NCBI GenBank assembly: GCA_031550085.1
Contig: JAVBOY010000022.1
Location: 62,696 to 126,695, forward strand
DNA length: 64,000 bases
From: Lentimicrobiaceae bacterium
Lineage (GTDB): Bacteria > Bacteroidota > Bacteroidia > Bacteroidales > UBA4417
Reading direction: 5' to 3'
Shown here: positions 39,183-48,945 of the stretch, piece after piece
How positions within the stretch are numbered: the stretch's first letter is position 1
Layout: each line of letters starts with the position of its first letter
The notes under the pieces: model-generated
What the model was told of the DNA's origin: nothing
Databases searched by the model: none
The model's input: the letters and a program-made list of their open reading frames with translations, nothing else
Made by a program: the position numbers and the translations under genes

Positions 39183-40829
39183 ATGAAAAAAATTCTTTAC
39201 TCATTCATGATCATTGCATTGGCATGCTTCTCAGGAGATGCCTTTGCGCAAGGTTTGGAAACCTTTGCGAATTTTCCCGAAACGACAAATGCTTATAAAG
39301 ACGGAACTTTTGTCGGGCAAGACGGTTCAACATGGACGTACAAGCAATGCCGCGGGGATAGCACCATTAATGCGCCGACTCCTTGTTTGCGTAAATATGC
39401 CGATGCCACCAAACCGGCCGGAAATATCCTGTCGGGTACTATCCACAATGGTTGCGGTGTGATTTCATTCGATTACAAACAACCTTTTACATCCAATGTA
39501 AACGTGGATTTGCTAATCAACGGAACCGTGGTGAAAAACATAAAAACCACCGGTGAACAAGGCGTTGTGAAAAATTCGGGACAGGTTACCGTGAATGTTT
39601 CCGGTGATTTTACCATCGAATTCCGCCAATACGACAATGTAGCCGGTCAGGTAATGATTGACAACGTAACGTGGACATCCTACCAGGGAACTACCAAGCC
39701 TGAACCGACGAACTATCCCACCAATTTTAAAGCGGTTGTTAAAGGCACCACCATTGAATTGACCTGGGACGATGCGACCGGCGGCCAACTTCCGGATGCT
39801 TATTTGATTTTGGCATATGAAAAAACACAAGGAAAACAAGTTGAGTGGACAAATCCTCCGGTTGATGGCGTTTACCAAGCCGATGATGTGGATTTAACCA
39901 ATGACGATCACGGTATCAAAAACGTGGCTTACGGAGTGAAAACCTATACTTTTGAGAAAGTAAAACCGGGTTACAGCGTTGAATTTTATATTTATCCGTA
40001 CACAAACTCGGGTTCAAACATTAATTACAAAACCGATGGTACGGCTCCCTCCGCTGATGTCACTTCTTCGGCGGTTGTTGCCACGCAAAATTTCAGTAAT
40101 GGCTTAACACCCTGGACGCAATTCTCGGTTCTCGGAAACGTGCAAAAATGGGATACCATTGCGAGGTACGGAATCAACAACTCGCCTTGCGCGAAGATGA
40201 CCGGCTACATTGATGCCACCACCACCGAAGCCAGCGAAGATTGGCTGATTTCACCATCCTTTGCCATTGAGGACGGACAATTTTTCTCGTTTTATTCCGC
40301 GATGAATTACGGTTCGGGAGACAATACATTGACGGTTTGGGTTTCAAGTAACTATACGAGCGGGGATCCCACAACGGCAACCTGGACGGAATACACCAAC
40401 CGGGCAATCCTGTCCACCGGTTCATTTACCTGGGTCAATTCGGGGCAAATCGATTTGGCTGATTTTGCAAATCAAAGCAATGTGCACATTGCTTTCAAAT
40501 ACACTTGCGGCACGACCAATGCCCGTACTTGGGAAATCGACGATTTCACATTGACAAAACCCGGATTCCTGGGCATTCCGTCTTTAACCGAAGCCGGATT
40601 CAAACTGTACCCCAATCCTTGTTCGGAGCAATTTATCATTGAAAATCAAAAAACAACCCATTACAAAGTAACCGTTTATTCCATGCAAGGAATTGCGATG
40701 CTCCGCGCTGAAAGTTCGGACGCAATCTACCGGATGGATGCCAGCAAACTGAAACCGGGCGTTTATATTGTGGAAGTTCTTGATCGAGCTACCAATATCA
40801 AAGCAACGTCACGTTTGGTGGTAAGATAA
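39183..40829 (+). CDS. T9SS type A secreted protein with FN3-like and choice-of-anchor J-like domains
   Basis: Signal peptide, EDWLISP, IAFKY...WEIDD, and YPNP...G.Y CTD. Confidence 0.8.
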   Translation: MKKILYSFMIIALACFSGDAFAQGLETFANFPETTNAYKDGTFVGQDGSTWTYKQCRGDSTINAPTPCLRKYADATKPAGNILSGTIHNGCGVISFDYKQPFTSNVNVDLLINGTVVKNIKTTGEQGVVKNSGQVTVNVSGDFTIEFRQYDNVAGQVMIDNVTWTSYQGTTKPEPTNYPTNFKAVVKGTTIELTWDDATGGQLPDAYLILAYEKTQGKQVEWTNPPVDGVYQADDVDLTNDDHGIKNVAYGVKTYTFEKVKPGYSVEFYIYPYTNSGSNINYKTDGTAPSADVTSSAVVATQNFSNGLTPWTQFSVLGNVQKWDTIARYGINNSPCAKMTGYIDATTTEASEDWLISPSFAIEDGQFFSFYSAMNYGSGDNTLTVWVSSNYTSGDPTTATWTEYTNRAILSTGSFTWVNSGQIDLADFANQSNVHIAFKYTCGTTNARTWEIDDFTLTKPGFLGIPSLTEAGFKLYPNPCSEQFIIENQKTTHYKVTVYSMQGIAMLRAESSDAIYRMDASKLKPGVYIVEVLDRATNIKATSRLVVR

Positions 40830-40848
40830 GATCTATTAGATCAAATGT

Positions 40849-40877
40849 AAAAAAGCAGCCTGCGGGCTGCTTTTTTT
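40849..40877. terminator. Bidirectional terminator
   Basis: aaaaaagcagcc-tgcg-ggctgctttttt. Confidence 0.85.
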
Positions 40878-40921
40878 ATGGTATTTCTGTCGGAACTATG
40901 TTACTCCTTCGTAAACTCAGG

Positions 40922-41354
40922 GAGTTGAACTGTTTAATTGTTTATTTGGTGAAATGGGTAAATAGGGGAAAACGGGGAAGTTGTGGAAATGGTTAAAGGT
41001 GCAAGGTCAACGGTAGAGAGTGAAATGGTTGTTGAATTGTTGAACTGTTGAATTGTTTATTTGTAAGGTAACAAGTTTATGGCTTACAGTTAACATTTGG
41101 TTGCCAAAAGGTTAAATAGGAACCTGTCCGATTTTGATTGAATGAGATAAATTAATCTAATATTATTCTATTTTAATCGCATAACGTGAAATGCTTGTTT
41201 AATCGTTTAACTGTTTATTTGTGAACGGTGAAAAGTGTTGTTTTTTGTTGTTCGTTGTTTGCTTGCCTCAACTCCATTTTCAATTTTCCACTCTCAATTT
41301 TCAATCAAAAACCCGTTTACTAGTCTACTTGTTAACTGTTACCTCATAAACCAT
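40922..41354 (-). repeat. Intergenic mosaic repeat element, copy D
   Basis: About 95-bp block shared with F and about 130-bp block shared with A, joined by an 8-mer array. Confidence 0.9.
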
Positions 41355-42656
41355 TTAGACTTCCAGGTATTTGGTATTTATTTTTGATTTATACAGCAAA
41401 AACACCTCGAAACAGCTTCCTTTACCCAGCTCGCTGCTCACCTTTACTTTGCCGCCGTGCGCCTCCACAATGGTTTTTACATAAAACAATCCCAAACCGA
41501 AGCCTTTCACATCATGCACTTTTCCGGTGGGGACCCGGTACAATTTGTTGAAAATAAGCTTTTGATTTTCCCCACTGATGCCGATTCCGCAGTCAGAAAT
41601 GGAAATGGTGATTCCCGCATCGTTAGAAGTCGTTGTTAACGTGATATTGGGGCTTTCCGGAGAATATTTATTGGCATTTTCGAGTAAATTATTAATCACA
41701 TTTTCAATATGGAGTTTGTCGGCAAAAAGAATCGACCGGCTGGCTTTCAGATTAACGCTCAACTGCCCGCAACGCTCCTTCATTGTCAATTGGAAATTTT
41801 CAGCAATGTTCCGGATCATATCATGCAAATCGAATTCCGAAAGCTTAAATTTCAATTTCCCTTTTTCAAAGGCCGAAGTTTGCAATACCTGTTCCACCTG
41901 CGATTTTAAGCGCGCATTTTCATCGTAAATAATCCGCACATACTTTCTCGTTTTTTCTTCCGAAGCCAGTATCGACGAGTTTTGCAACATTTCGCTGGCC
42001 AGGGAAATCGTGGCAATCGGCGTTTTAAACTCGTGGGTCATGTTGTTGATGAAATCGTTTTTCATATCGGCCAGTTTTTTGTGCTGCAAAAAGCGCCAAA
42101 CCGTATAGCCCACGCAAAGCACCAATACGGTAATCAATACGCCGCTCAATATAATACCCGGAAGGATTTTCCGCCATACATACGTATTTTCGTTGGGGAA
42201 ATAGGCGGCCAAAACAAAGGTACAATCATCGCACAACAAACTCAATCCCACAAAGTGGGGCGATTTCATCAACTGGTCTTTTGCCGACATGCTCGAGATT
42301 TCCAGTAAAGTCGAGTCGCTTTTGTTAATGATGCCGTAAACATATTTTTCCGATGAAATGCCGACGGCCGTAAACTCGACACTTACCAACGAGTTGAGTA
42401 CGACTTTGTTAAAGGTGGGAGAGATTTCCAAATTCTGATGCAACGTATCGCTGGTAGGGCCTACTTCCAGGCGGCAGAGGTTGTTTTTTACAAAAATCTG
42501 GTTTACAACACTTTTTAATGCAACGTTTATTTTGTTATTAAAATTATTCTCTTCCAGTTGGTAGACATTCCGGATCCAGTAAAATTGAAGCAAAACAATA
42601 CCCAACAGCGTGATACTCAATATACTGATTATGGTGATAAAAGTCTGTTTTTTCAT
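41355..42656 (-). CDS. Sensor histidine kinase (RprX-like)
   Basis: Two TM helices, THEFKTP H-box, NANKY, D.GIGI and GFGLGL motifs. Confidence 0.92.
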   Translation of the reverse strand: MKKQTFITIISILSITLLGIVLLQFYWIRNVYQLEENNFNNKINVALKSVVNQIFVKNNLCRLEVGPTSDTLHQNLEISPTFNKVVLNSLVSVEFTAVGISSEKYVYGIINKSDSTLLEISSMSAKDQLMKSPHFVGLSLLCDDCTFVLAAYFPNENTYVWRKILPGIILSGVLITVLVLCVGYTVWRFLQHKKLADMKNDFINNMTHEFKTPIATISLASEMLQNSSILASEEKTRKYVRIIYDENARLKSQVEQVLQTSAFEKGKLKFKLSEFDLHDMIRNIAENFQLTMKERCGQLSVNLKASRSILFADKLHIENVINNLLENANKYSPESPNITLTTTSNDAGITISISDCGIGISGENQKLIFNKLYRVPTGKVHDVKGFGLGLFYVKTIVEAHGGKVKVSSELGKGSCFEVFLLYKSKINTKYLEV

Positions 42657-42787
42657 GGTTCAAAATTACTTAGAATCCATTTGCAATCAGTTGCTTAACA
42701 ATATTTTAACAAAATTATGGTTTCATAATAAACCCTTATTCGGCTAAGTGGCAATGATTTTGTACTTTCGCATCCAAAATCTGTTTT

Positions 42788-43195
42788 ATGGAAACCATTC
42801 AAATCGAATATCTTGGCGATTTACGTACAACAGCCGTCCACGTACAATCCGGCAACCAGTTATTAACCGATGCGCCGCTCGACAACAAAGGCAAGGGTGA
42901 AACATTTTCCCCGACCGATTTGTTCGTAACGGCATTGGGAGGGTGTATCATCACAACCATTGGAATTGCGGCACAAGCGCATGGCTTTTCGGTGGACGGA
43001 ACCAAATTGCGGGTAACCAAAATTATGGCGCAAAATCCCCGCCGCATCGGTGAAATCATTGTGGAAATGGATTTTCCGCCGTTTGAATATTCCGACAAAG
43101 AGAAAAAGATTATCCAATATGCCACACATACCTGCCCGGTTAGTGTCAGCTTGCACCCCGACGTAAAGCAAACGATTGCCTTCAATTTTCAATAA
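42788..43195 (+). CDS. OsmC-family protein
   Basis: TDAPLDN.GKG..FSPTDL...C and CPV motifs. Confidence 0.9.
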   Translation: METIQIEYLGDLRTTAVHVQSGNQLLTDAPLDNKGKGETFSPTDLFVTALGGCIITTIGIAAQAHGFSVDGTKLRVTKIMAQNPRRIGEIIVEMDFPPFEYSDKEKKIIQYATHTCPVSVSLHPDVKQTIAFNFQ

Positions 43196-44726
43196 TAAGT
43201 TTTGCAAAATAACCACCGATTTGAATTCCAAGGATAAAAAACTCAGCATTGGCAATGTCTTTACTCCCATCGAATGGGGGCAATTTGCTATTGCCGAATT
43301 TGATCTTTATTCAAAATGGATGAACGGAGCCACGATTTTCGATCCGACCATGGGCGAAGGCAACCTGCTGGAGGCCTTGGTTGAATTCGGGCTGTACGAA
43401 GGGAAACGAATCGAAGAGCTTCCCGTTTCCAACCTGTTTGGAAACGAGCTGAATACCAAATATTACAAACAGGCGCTCAAAAAATTTCGTGAAAAGTACC
43501 GGGTAAACATGTCGAAGAATTTCACAAACGAGGATTTTCTTTTGCTTGAAAACAAGGCTTTCGATTTCGTTTTCGGCAATCCGCCCTGGCAGAATTTTGT
43601 GGACTTGCCCGACGAGTACAAAGAAAAAATCAAACCCTATTTTTTTACGTACGATTTAATTAAAAACAGCCAGGATCTTTTGTTGGGCGGAAGCCGGATC
43701 GACTTTGCCGCCTTGATCATTCAGCGTGCCATCAAAGATTTTCTAAAACCCGGCGGCGAAGCCGTGTTTTTCATGCCGCTTTCGCTTTTGCTTAACGATG
43801 GTGCCAATCAGAATTTCAGGACTTACAGCATCAATCACGTCAACTATTCGATTGAAAAAGTGTATGATTTTGAAACCCTGGATATTTTCGGTAAAATTTC
43901 GACACGGTACGGATTGGCGCATTTTAAAAGGGATCAGAAACCTTCATTTCCCATTGCCTATTTGCGCATGGAAAACGAAAACTGGGTTCAACATGTTGCA
44001 AAGCCCTTATTTGCTTCTACCGACCCGCTCAGCATTATTGGAAATAACGAAGAAGACCTATTGGATGATTTCGAACCCATTGCGATACCCAAAGAATCCT
44101 TGCCACGGCAAGGAATAAACACTTGCGGAGCCAACGAACTGTTTTTCTTCGATACCTGTTGTGAACTGGACGAAGAAACGGTTTTGCTTTCCAATAAAAG
44201 GGTCGACTCGGTTCCGTTACCCAAAGAATTCATATATCCTTTGTTAACGGCCGGAGAATTTGAAACTTCCCCCAATCAGCCGTCAAAATGGGTTTTAATC
44301 CCGTATAACAAAAACGGAAAGCCTTTGGAATTGAGTCAACTGGAGGAATTCCCATCCCTGAAAAAATATTTATTCCGCCACAAAACTGCGTTGAAAAACC
44401 GGAAAGGAACCATGCTGAGCGCCATTTTGAACCGGGGACATTGGTGGGCAATGCTGGGAGTCGGGGAATACAATTTTTTTCCCTACAAAATTGTTTGGGA
44501 AGCCTATGGGAAAACCACGTTTTCTCCCAAGCTTTTTGAAGGAAACTGGCAGGCCAACCAATCTTTGCAGGCATTTATCCCGGTAAGGTTAAAAAAAGAA
44601 GCGTTGCGGATACTGAAAAGATTGCAAGACAAGCGGATTGAAAAATATTTACGGTCCCTCAAAATGGAAGGTACCATGAATTGGGCGCAGCCCGGAAAAA
44701 TAAAGAAATTTGTGGAAATAAATTAA
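43176..44726 (+). CDS. N6-adenine DNA methyltransferase (gamma class, TaqI/Eco57I-like), orphan
   Basis: FTP motif X, DPTMGEGNLL motif I, GNPPW motif IV, C-terminal TRD-like region. Start codon uncertain. Confidence 0.8.
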   Translation: MPSIFNNKFCKITTDLNSKDKKLSIGNVFTPIEWGQFAIAEFDLYSKWMNGATIFDPTMGEGNLLEALVEFGLYEGKRIEELPVSNLFGNELNTKYYKQALKKFREKYRVNMSKNFTNEDFLLLENKAFDFVFGNPPWQNFVDLPDEYKEKIKPYFFTYDLIKNSQDLLLGGSRIDFAALIIQRAIKDFLKPGGEAVFFMPLSLLLNDGANQNFRTYSINHVNYSIEKVYDFETLDIFGKISTRYGLAHFKRDQKPSFPIAYLRMENENWVQHVAKPLFASTDPLSIIGNNEEDLLDDFEPIAIPKESLPRQGINTCGANELFFFDTCCELDEETVLLSNKRVDSVPLPKEFIYPLLTAGEFETSPNQPSKWVLIPYNKNGKPLELSQLEEFPSLKKYLFRHKTALKNRKGTMLSAILNRGHWWAMLGVGEYNFFPYKIVWEAYGKTTFSPKLFEGNWQANQSLQAFIPVRLKKEALRILKRLQDKRIEKYLRSLKMEGTMNWAQPGKIKKFVEIN

Positions 44727-44767
44727 AACAAGAAAAGTTCTCTGATTACATAAAAATTGCTTTCGTT

Positions 44768-45145
44768 ATGACCCTTGGACTAAGCTTGACAAAAGAACTG
44801 ATCGTTACGTATGAAAAAACAGCCTCCGTTTACGGATCGGGGACAGTGGAAGTATTTGCAACCCCTGCCATGATTGCCTTTATGGAGCATACGGCCATGG
44901 AATCCGTGCTTCCGTTTTTGCCGCAAGGAGCCGTCACTGTGGGTACCGAAGTTTGCATCAAACACTTGAAAGCCTCTCCCGTTGGAAGCAAAATTACCTG
45001 CACCGCCACTTTAACCGCTGTCGACAACCGCAAGCTGCAATTTGACGTCAAGGCTTATGATGGTGATGATTTGATCGGCGAAGGCACCCACGAGCGCGTG
45101 ATTGTCGATAAACAACGCTTCTTGGAAAAAATCTATGCTAACTGA
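44768..45145 (+). CDS. Hotdog-fold thioesterase (FlK-like)
   Basis: GSG..EVFATPAMIA.ME, TVG....H and G.HER motifs. Confidence 0.88.
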   Translation: MTLGLSLTKELIVTYEKTASVYGSGTVEVFATPAMIAFMEHTAMESVLPFLPQGAVTVGTEVCIKHLKASPVGSKITCTATLTAVDNRKLQFDVKAYDGDDLIGEGTHERVIVDKQRFLEKIYAN

Positions 45146-45405
45146 GAATTATGAATTAAAAATTACGAATGAGTTTTAGATACAAGTAAACGGGTTTTTA
45201 ATTACAGGAGGCAGAAAGGAAAAAGCAGAAGGCGGAAAGCATTTAAGATACAAAATAAACAATTAAACAGTTAAACGATTAAACAGGCATTTCACTCTTC
45301 ACGCTTCACAAATAAACAATTAAACAGGCATTTCACTCTTCACTGTTCACCCTTCACAAATAAACAGTTCAACAACTCAACAATTCAATAAACATCCATT
45401 TCACA
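45146..45405 (+). repeat. Intergenic mosaic repeat element, copy E
   Basis: Reverse complement of the A-D modules; caaataaacaattaaacaggcatttcactcttcac-type unit repeated. Confidence 0.9.
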
Positions 45406-45435
45406 TTACAAAAATCACATTAAACCCAAAATACA

Positions 45436-47616
45436 TTGACCGAAAATCCGCTATTTGTCGCAAAAACCTATGCCGGGCTTGAAGAAGTTTTGGCCAACGA
45501 ACTCACCCAATTGGGAGCCGGAAACATTGAAGTGTTGACCCGAGCCGTGGAATTTACCGGCGACCAGAAACTTATGTACGCCGCAAACTACAATTGCCGT
45601 ACTGCATTGCGCGTCTTGAAATCCCTGCACCGCTTCGAACTGGATAACGAAGACGATTTGTATTTGAATGTAAACCGTTTTCCCTGGGAACAATACTTTT
45701 CCATCCAACAAACCTTTGCCGTGGATGCCGTGGTGTTTGATTCGGAAATGACCCATTCGCACTTTGTAGCGTTGCGAACCAAAGACGCCATTTGCGACCG
45801 CTTCCGCGAGAGAAATAACGGCCGCCGCCCGTCCGTGGATACCGACAATCCCGATTTCCGGGTTCACATACACATTAGTCAAAATGCCTGCGATATCCAA
45901 CTGGACAGTTCCGGCGCTTCGCTGCACAAACGCGGCTACCGGGTTTCAAATGCCGAAGCTCCTCTGAGCGAAGTTTTGGCCGCCGGCTTGGTTTTATTGA
46001 GCGGTTGGAAGAAAAACTGCCAATTTATCGATCCCATGTGTGGTTCGGGCACTTTGCTGATCGAAGCCGCTTTGATCGCCAACAACATTCCTTGCGGCAT
46101 GTACCGGAAAGATTTCGGTTTTATGTATTGGAACGATTTCGACCGCGACCTGTTTGAAGAAGTCAAAGCCGAAGCGTTTGACCGGCAAACCGAATTCGAG
46201 TACGAAATTGTAGGCTATGATATTTCATCCAGAAACCTTTCGGCTGCCAAGGCCAATGTAAAAGCCGCCAAGTTGCACAAAGACATCCAATTGCAGGTTG
46301 CAGACATCCGCAATCTGACGCTGGATTTCGAGCAACCCGGATACCTTATTACGAATCCGCCTTACGGCGAACGGGTTAAATCCGATGATATCGTTGGATT
46401 GTACCGGGACCTGGGAGATGTGTTAAAGAAAAATTTCCAGAATTATACCGCTTGGGTGATTAGCGCCGATTTTTGGGCCTTGAAAAACATCGGGCTGAAA
46501 TCCTCGCAAACCCTCAATGTATGGAACGGTCCATTGGAATGCAAAGTGTTGAAGTTTGAATTGTATCAGGGATCGAAGAAAGGGAAATACCTGAGCCGGG
46601 AAGAAGAAGGAATGCAGAAAGCAGAAAGCAGAAGGAATAAAATAGAGGAAGCAGGGGAAATGGAGGATGAACACCGAATGCCGAAAGCGAAAAACAAAAG
46701 GGATAAAATAGAGGAAGCAGGGGAAATGGGGGAATCACCTTGGATGCAGAAAGCAGAAGGCAGAACGGAAAGCTTTTCGAAAGTAAAACGCGACCGGGGC
46801 GATCTGGGTAAATCCTTAAGCCGTCAAGAAAAACAAGACCTTCGAAGGAAATTCTTCACGGATGGAGAATCCGAAAATATGGGAGAAAAGGGCGCTTTTT
46901 CAAAAGAAAAAGAATCTTTTGCCGAGCGTAAATCAAGAAGTTTCGACAGGAAAGAGGATAAACCCTTTGGCGAACGTAAACCCCGGAGTTTTTACAACAA
47001 GGAAGACAAACCCTTTCGCGAACGCAAACCACGTAGTTTTGACAACAAGGAAGACAAACCCTTTCGCGAACGCAAACCACGTAGTTTCGACAACAAGGAA
47101 GACAACCCTTTTGGTGAACGAAAATCAAGAAGTTTCGACAGGAAAGAAGATAAACCCTTTGGTGAACGTAGACCCCGTAGTTTCGACAACAAGGAAGCCA
47201 AACCTTTTCGCGAACGCAAACCACGTAGTTTCGACAACAAGGAAGCCAAATCTTTTGGTGAACGTAAACCTCGAAGTTTCGATCGAAAAGAAGACAAACC
47301 TTTTCACGAACGCAAACCCCGGAGTTTTGATAAAAAGGAAGACAAGCCTTTCCGCGAACGTAAACCCCGGAGTTTTGATAAAAAAGAAGACAAACCTTTT
47401 CGCGAACGTAAACCCCGGAGTTTTGACAAAAAAGAAGATAAACCTTTTAAAGAGCGAAAATCAAGCGGTTTCGATAAAAAGGAAGACAAACCCTTGACGG
47501 CAGGGCGCAAATCGTTTATCGAGCGCCGTTCATTCGAACGCCCGCCGCTGGAAGGAGAAAAAGTCTATTTCAACGACAAATCCGAAAAAAAGCAACGCCC
47601 GCGCACAAAAAAATAA
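45436..47616 (+). CDS. THUMP-domain rRNA m2G methyltransferase (RlmL/YpsC-like) with a long repetitive C-terminal tail
   Basis: GLEE.L..EL, DSSG.SLHKRGYR, DPMCGSGT and NPPYGER motifs. The catalytic part ends at about residue 380 of 726. Confidence 0.9.
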   Translation: MTENPLFVAKTYAGLEEVLANELTQLGAGNIEVLTRAVEFTGDQKLMYAANYNCRTALRVLKSLHRFELDNEDDLYLNVNRFPWEQYFSIQQTFAVDAVVFDSEMTHSHFVALRTKDAICDRFRERNNGRRPSVDTDNPDFRVHIHISQNACDIQLDSSGASLHKRGYRVSNAEAPLSEVLAAGLVLLSGWKKNCQFIDPMCGSGTLLIEAALIANNIPCGMYRKDFGFMYWNDFDRDLFEEVKAEAFDRQTEFEYEIVGYDISSRNLSAAKANVKAAKLHKDIQLQVADIRNLTLDFEQPGYLITNPPYGERVKSDDIVGLYRDLGDVLKKNFQNYTAWVISADFWALKNIGLKSSQTLNVWNGPLECKVLKFELYQGSKKGKYLSREEEGMQKAESRRNKIEEAGEMEDEHRMPKAKNKRDKIEEAGEMGESPWMQKAEGRTESFSKVKRDRGDLGKSLSRQEKQDLRRKFFTDGESENMGEKGAFSKEKESFAERKSRSFDRKEDKPFGERKPRSFYNKEDKPFRERKPRSFDNKEDKPFRERKPRSFDNKEDNPFGERKSRSFDRKEDKPFGERRPRSFDNKEAKPFRERKPRSFDNKEAKSFGERKPRSFDRKEDKPFHERKPRSFDKKEDKPFRERKPRSFDKKEDKPFRERKPRSFDKKEDKPFKERKSSGFDKKEDKPLTAGRKSFIERRSFERPPLEGEKVYFNDKSEKKQRPRTKK
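46612..46768 (+). repeat. 66-bp coding repeat (about 2.4 copies) containing gcagaaa heptamers
   Basis: Units start at 46612, 46678 and 46744 (MQKAESRRNKIEEAGEM / MPKAKNKRDKIEEAGEM / MQKAEGR). Confidence 0.8.
46924..47499 (+). repeat. 12 x 48-bp coding tandem repeat (ERKPRSFDxKEDKPFx)
   Basis: Counted 12 units of 16 aa in the translation; variation is largely synonymous or conservative. Confidence 0.95.
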
Positions 47617-47622
47617 TAGAAC

Positions 47623-48945
47623 GTGAGTAAAAAACTATATATCGAAACCTATGGCTGCCAGATGAATTTTTCGGATAGCGAAATCGTAGGTTCTATCCTG
47701 AAAAATCATGATTACGAATCCACGGCTGACATCAAAGCTGCCGACCTGATTCTGGTAAACACCTGTTCCATTCGTGACAATGCCGAACAACGCGTGCGTG
47801 CCCGCCTTTCGGAAATGAAAGCCCTGAAAAAGAAAAATCCCCAGTTGAAAATCGGAATTCTCGGTTGCATGGCCGAACGCTTGAAAGACCAGCTTTTGGA
47901 AGAAGAACGCCACGTCGATTTAATTGTAGGGCCCGACGGCTACCGTTCGTTGCCGCAACTGCTGCAACAAACCGAAACCGGACAAAAAGTCGTAAATGTG
48001 CTGCTTTCGGCCGAAGAAACCTATGCCGATATTTCGCCCGTTCGTTTGGGCGACGACGGCGTGACCGCATTTATCAGCATTATGCGCGGTTGCGAAAATT
48101 TCTGCGCCTACTGCGTTGTACCCTATACCCGGGGAAAAGAACGCAGCCGCAACATGCAAACCATTCTGAATGAAGCGGCCGGCTTATTCGAACAAGGATT
48201 CCGGGAAGTGACCCTGTTGGGACAAAATGTCAATTCCTACCGTTGGGAAGAAAACGGTTCCGTCGTTAAATTTCCCGAATTATTGGAAGCCGTTGCCAGG
48301 GTGAATCCCAAACTTCGGGTCCGTTTTGCCACTTCGCACCCCAAAGATTTGTCCGATGAACTGTTGCATGTGATTGCCAACTATCCCAATGTATGCAAAG
48401 CCGTCCATTTGCCGGTACAAAGCGGCAGTTCGCGCATGCTGAAACAAATGAACCGCTCGTACGACCGTGAATGGTATTTGCAACGCATCAAAGCCATCCA
48501 AACGATTGTACCCGAATGTAGCCTTTCGACAGATGTGATTGCCGGGTTTTGCGGCGAAACCGAAGAAGACCATCAGGAAACCCTGAGTTTGATGCGTCAG
48601 GTGGGCTATGCGGCTGCCTTTATGTTCCAGTATTCCGAACGCTCCAATACCGCTGCCGCAAAAAAATACCGAGACGATGTACCTGAAGAAGTAAAGAGCC
48701 GCCGTTTGACGGAAATCATCCATTTGCAGCAGCTGTTATCGTTAGAAAGCAATCAAAAAGATATTGGAAAAACTTTTGAAGTATTGATCGAAGGCGTATC
48801 GAAACGAAGTCAGGAGCAATTTTTCGGCCGTACCTCGCAAAACAAGGTGGTGGTATTTCCCTGCGGTAATTTTAAAATCGGCGATTACGCCCAAGTCAAA
48901 ATTACCGATTGCTCCGCAGCCACGCTGAAAGGAGAGCTTGTTTAA
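47623..48945 (+). CDS. miaB: tRNA-2-methylthio-N6-dimethylallyladenosine synthase
   Basis: TYGCQMN, NTCSIR, GCMA, radical-SAM CxxxCxxC and C-terminal TRAM domain. Confidence 0.96.
   Translation: MSKKLYIETYGCQMNFSDSEIVGSILKNHDYESTADIKAADLILVNTCSIRDNAEQRVRARLSEMKALKKKNPQLKIGILGCMAERLKDQLLEEERHVDLIVGPDGYRSLPQLLQQTETGQKVVNVLLSAEETYADISPVRLGDDGVTAFISIMRGCENFCAYCVVPYTRGKERSRNMQTILNEAAGLFEQGFREVTLLGQNVNSYRWEENGSVVKFPELLEAVARVNPKLRVRFATSHPKDLSDELLHVIANYPNVCKAVHLPVQSGSSRMLKQMNRSYDREWYLQRIKAIQTIVPECSLSTDVIAGFCGETEEDHQETLSLMRQVGYAAAFMFQYSERSNTAAAKKYRDDVPEEVKSRRLTEIIHLQQLLSLESNQKDIGKTFEVLIEGVSKRSQEQFFGRTSQNKVVVFPCGNFKIGDYAQVKITDCSAATLKGELV

Noticed and set aside
46924-47499. Possible CRISPR array
   Set aside because: Contiguous 48-bp tandem units with no unique spacers, in frame within a CDS, and no cas genes.
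46856-47510. Repetitive alternative-frame and antisense ORFs
   Set aside because: Shadows of the 48-bp coding repeat.
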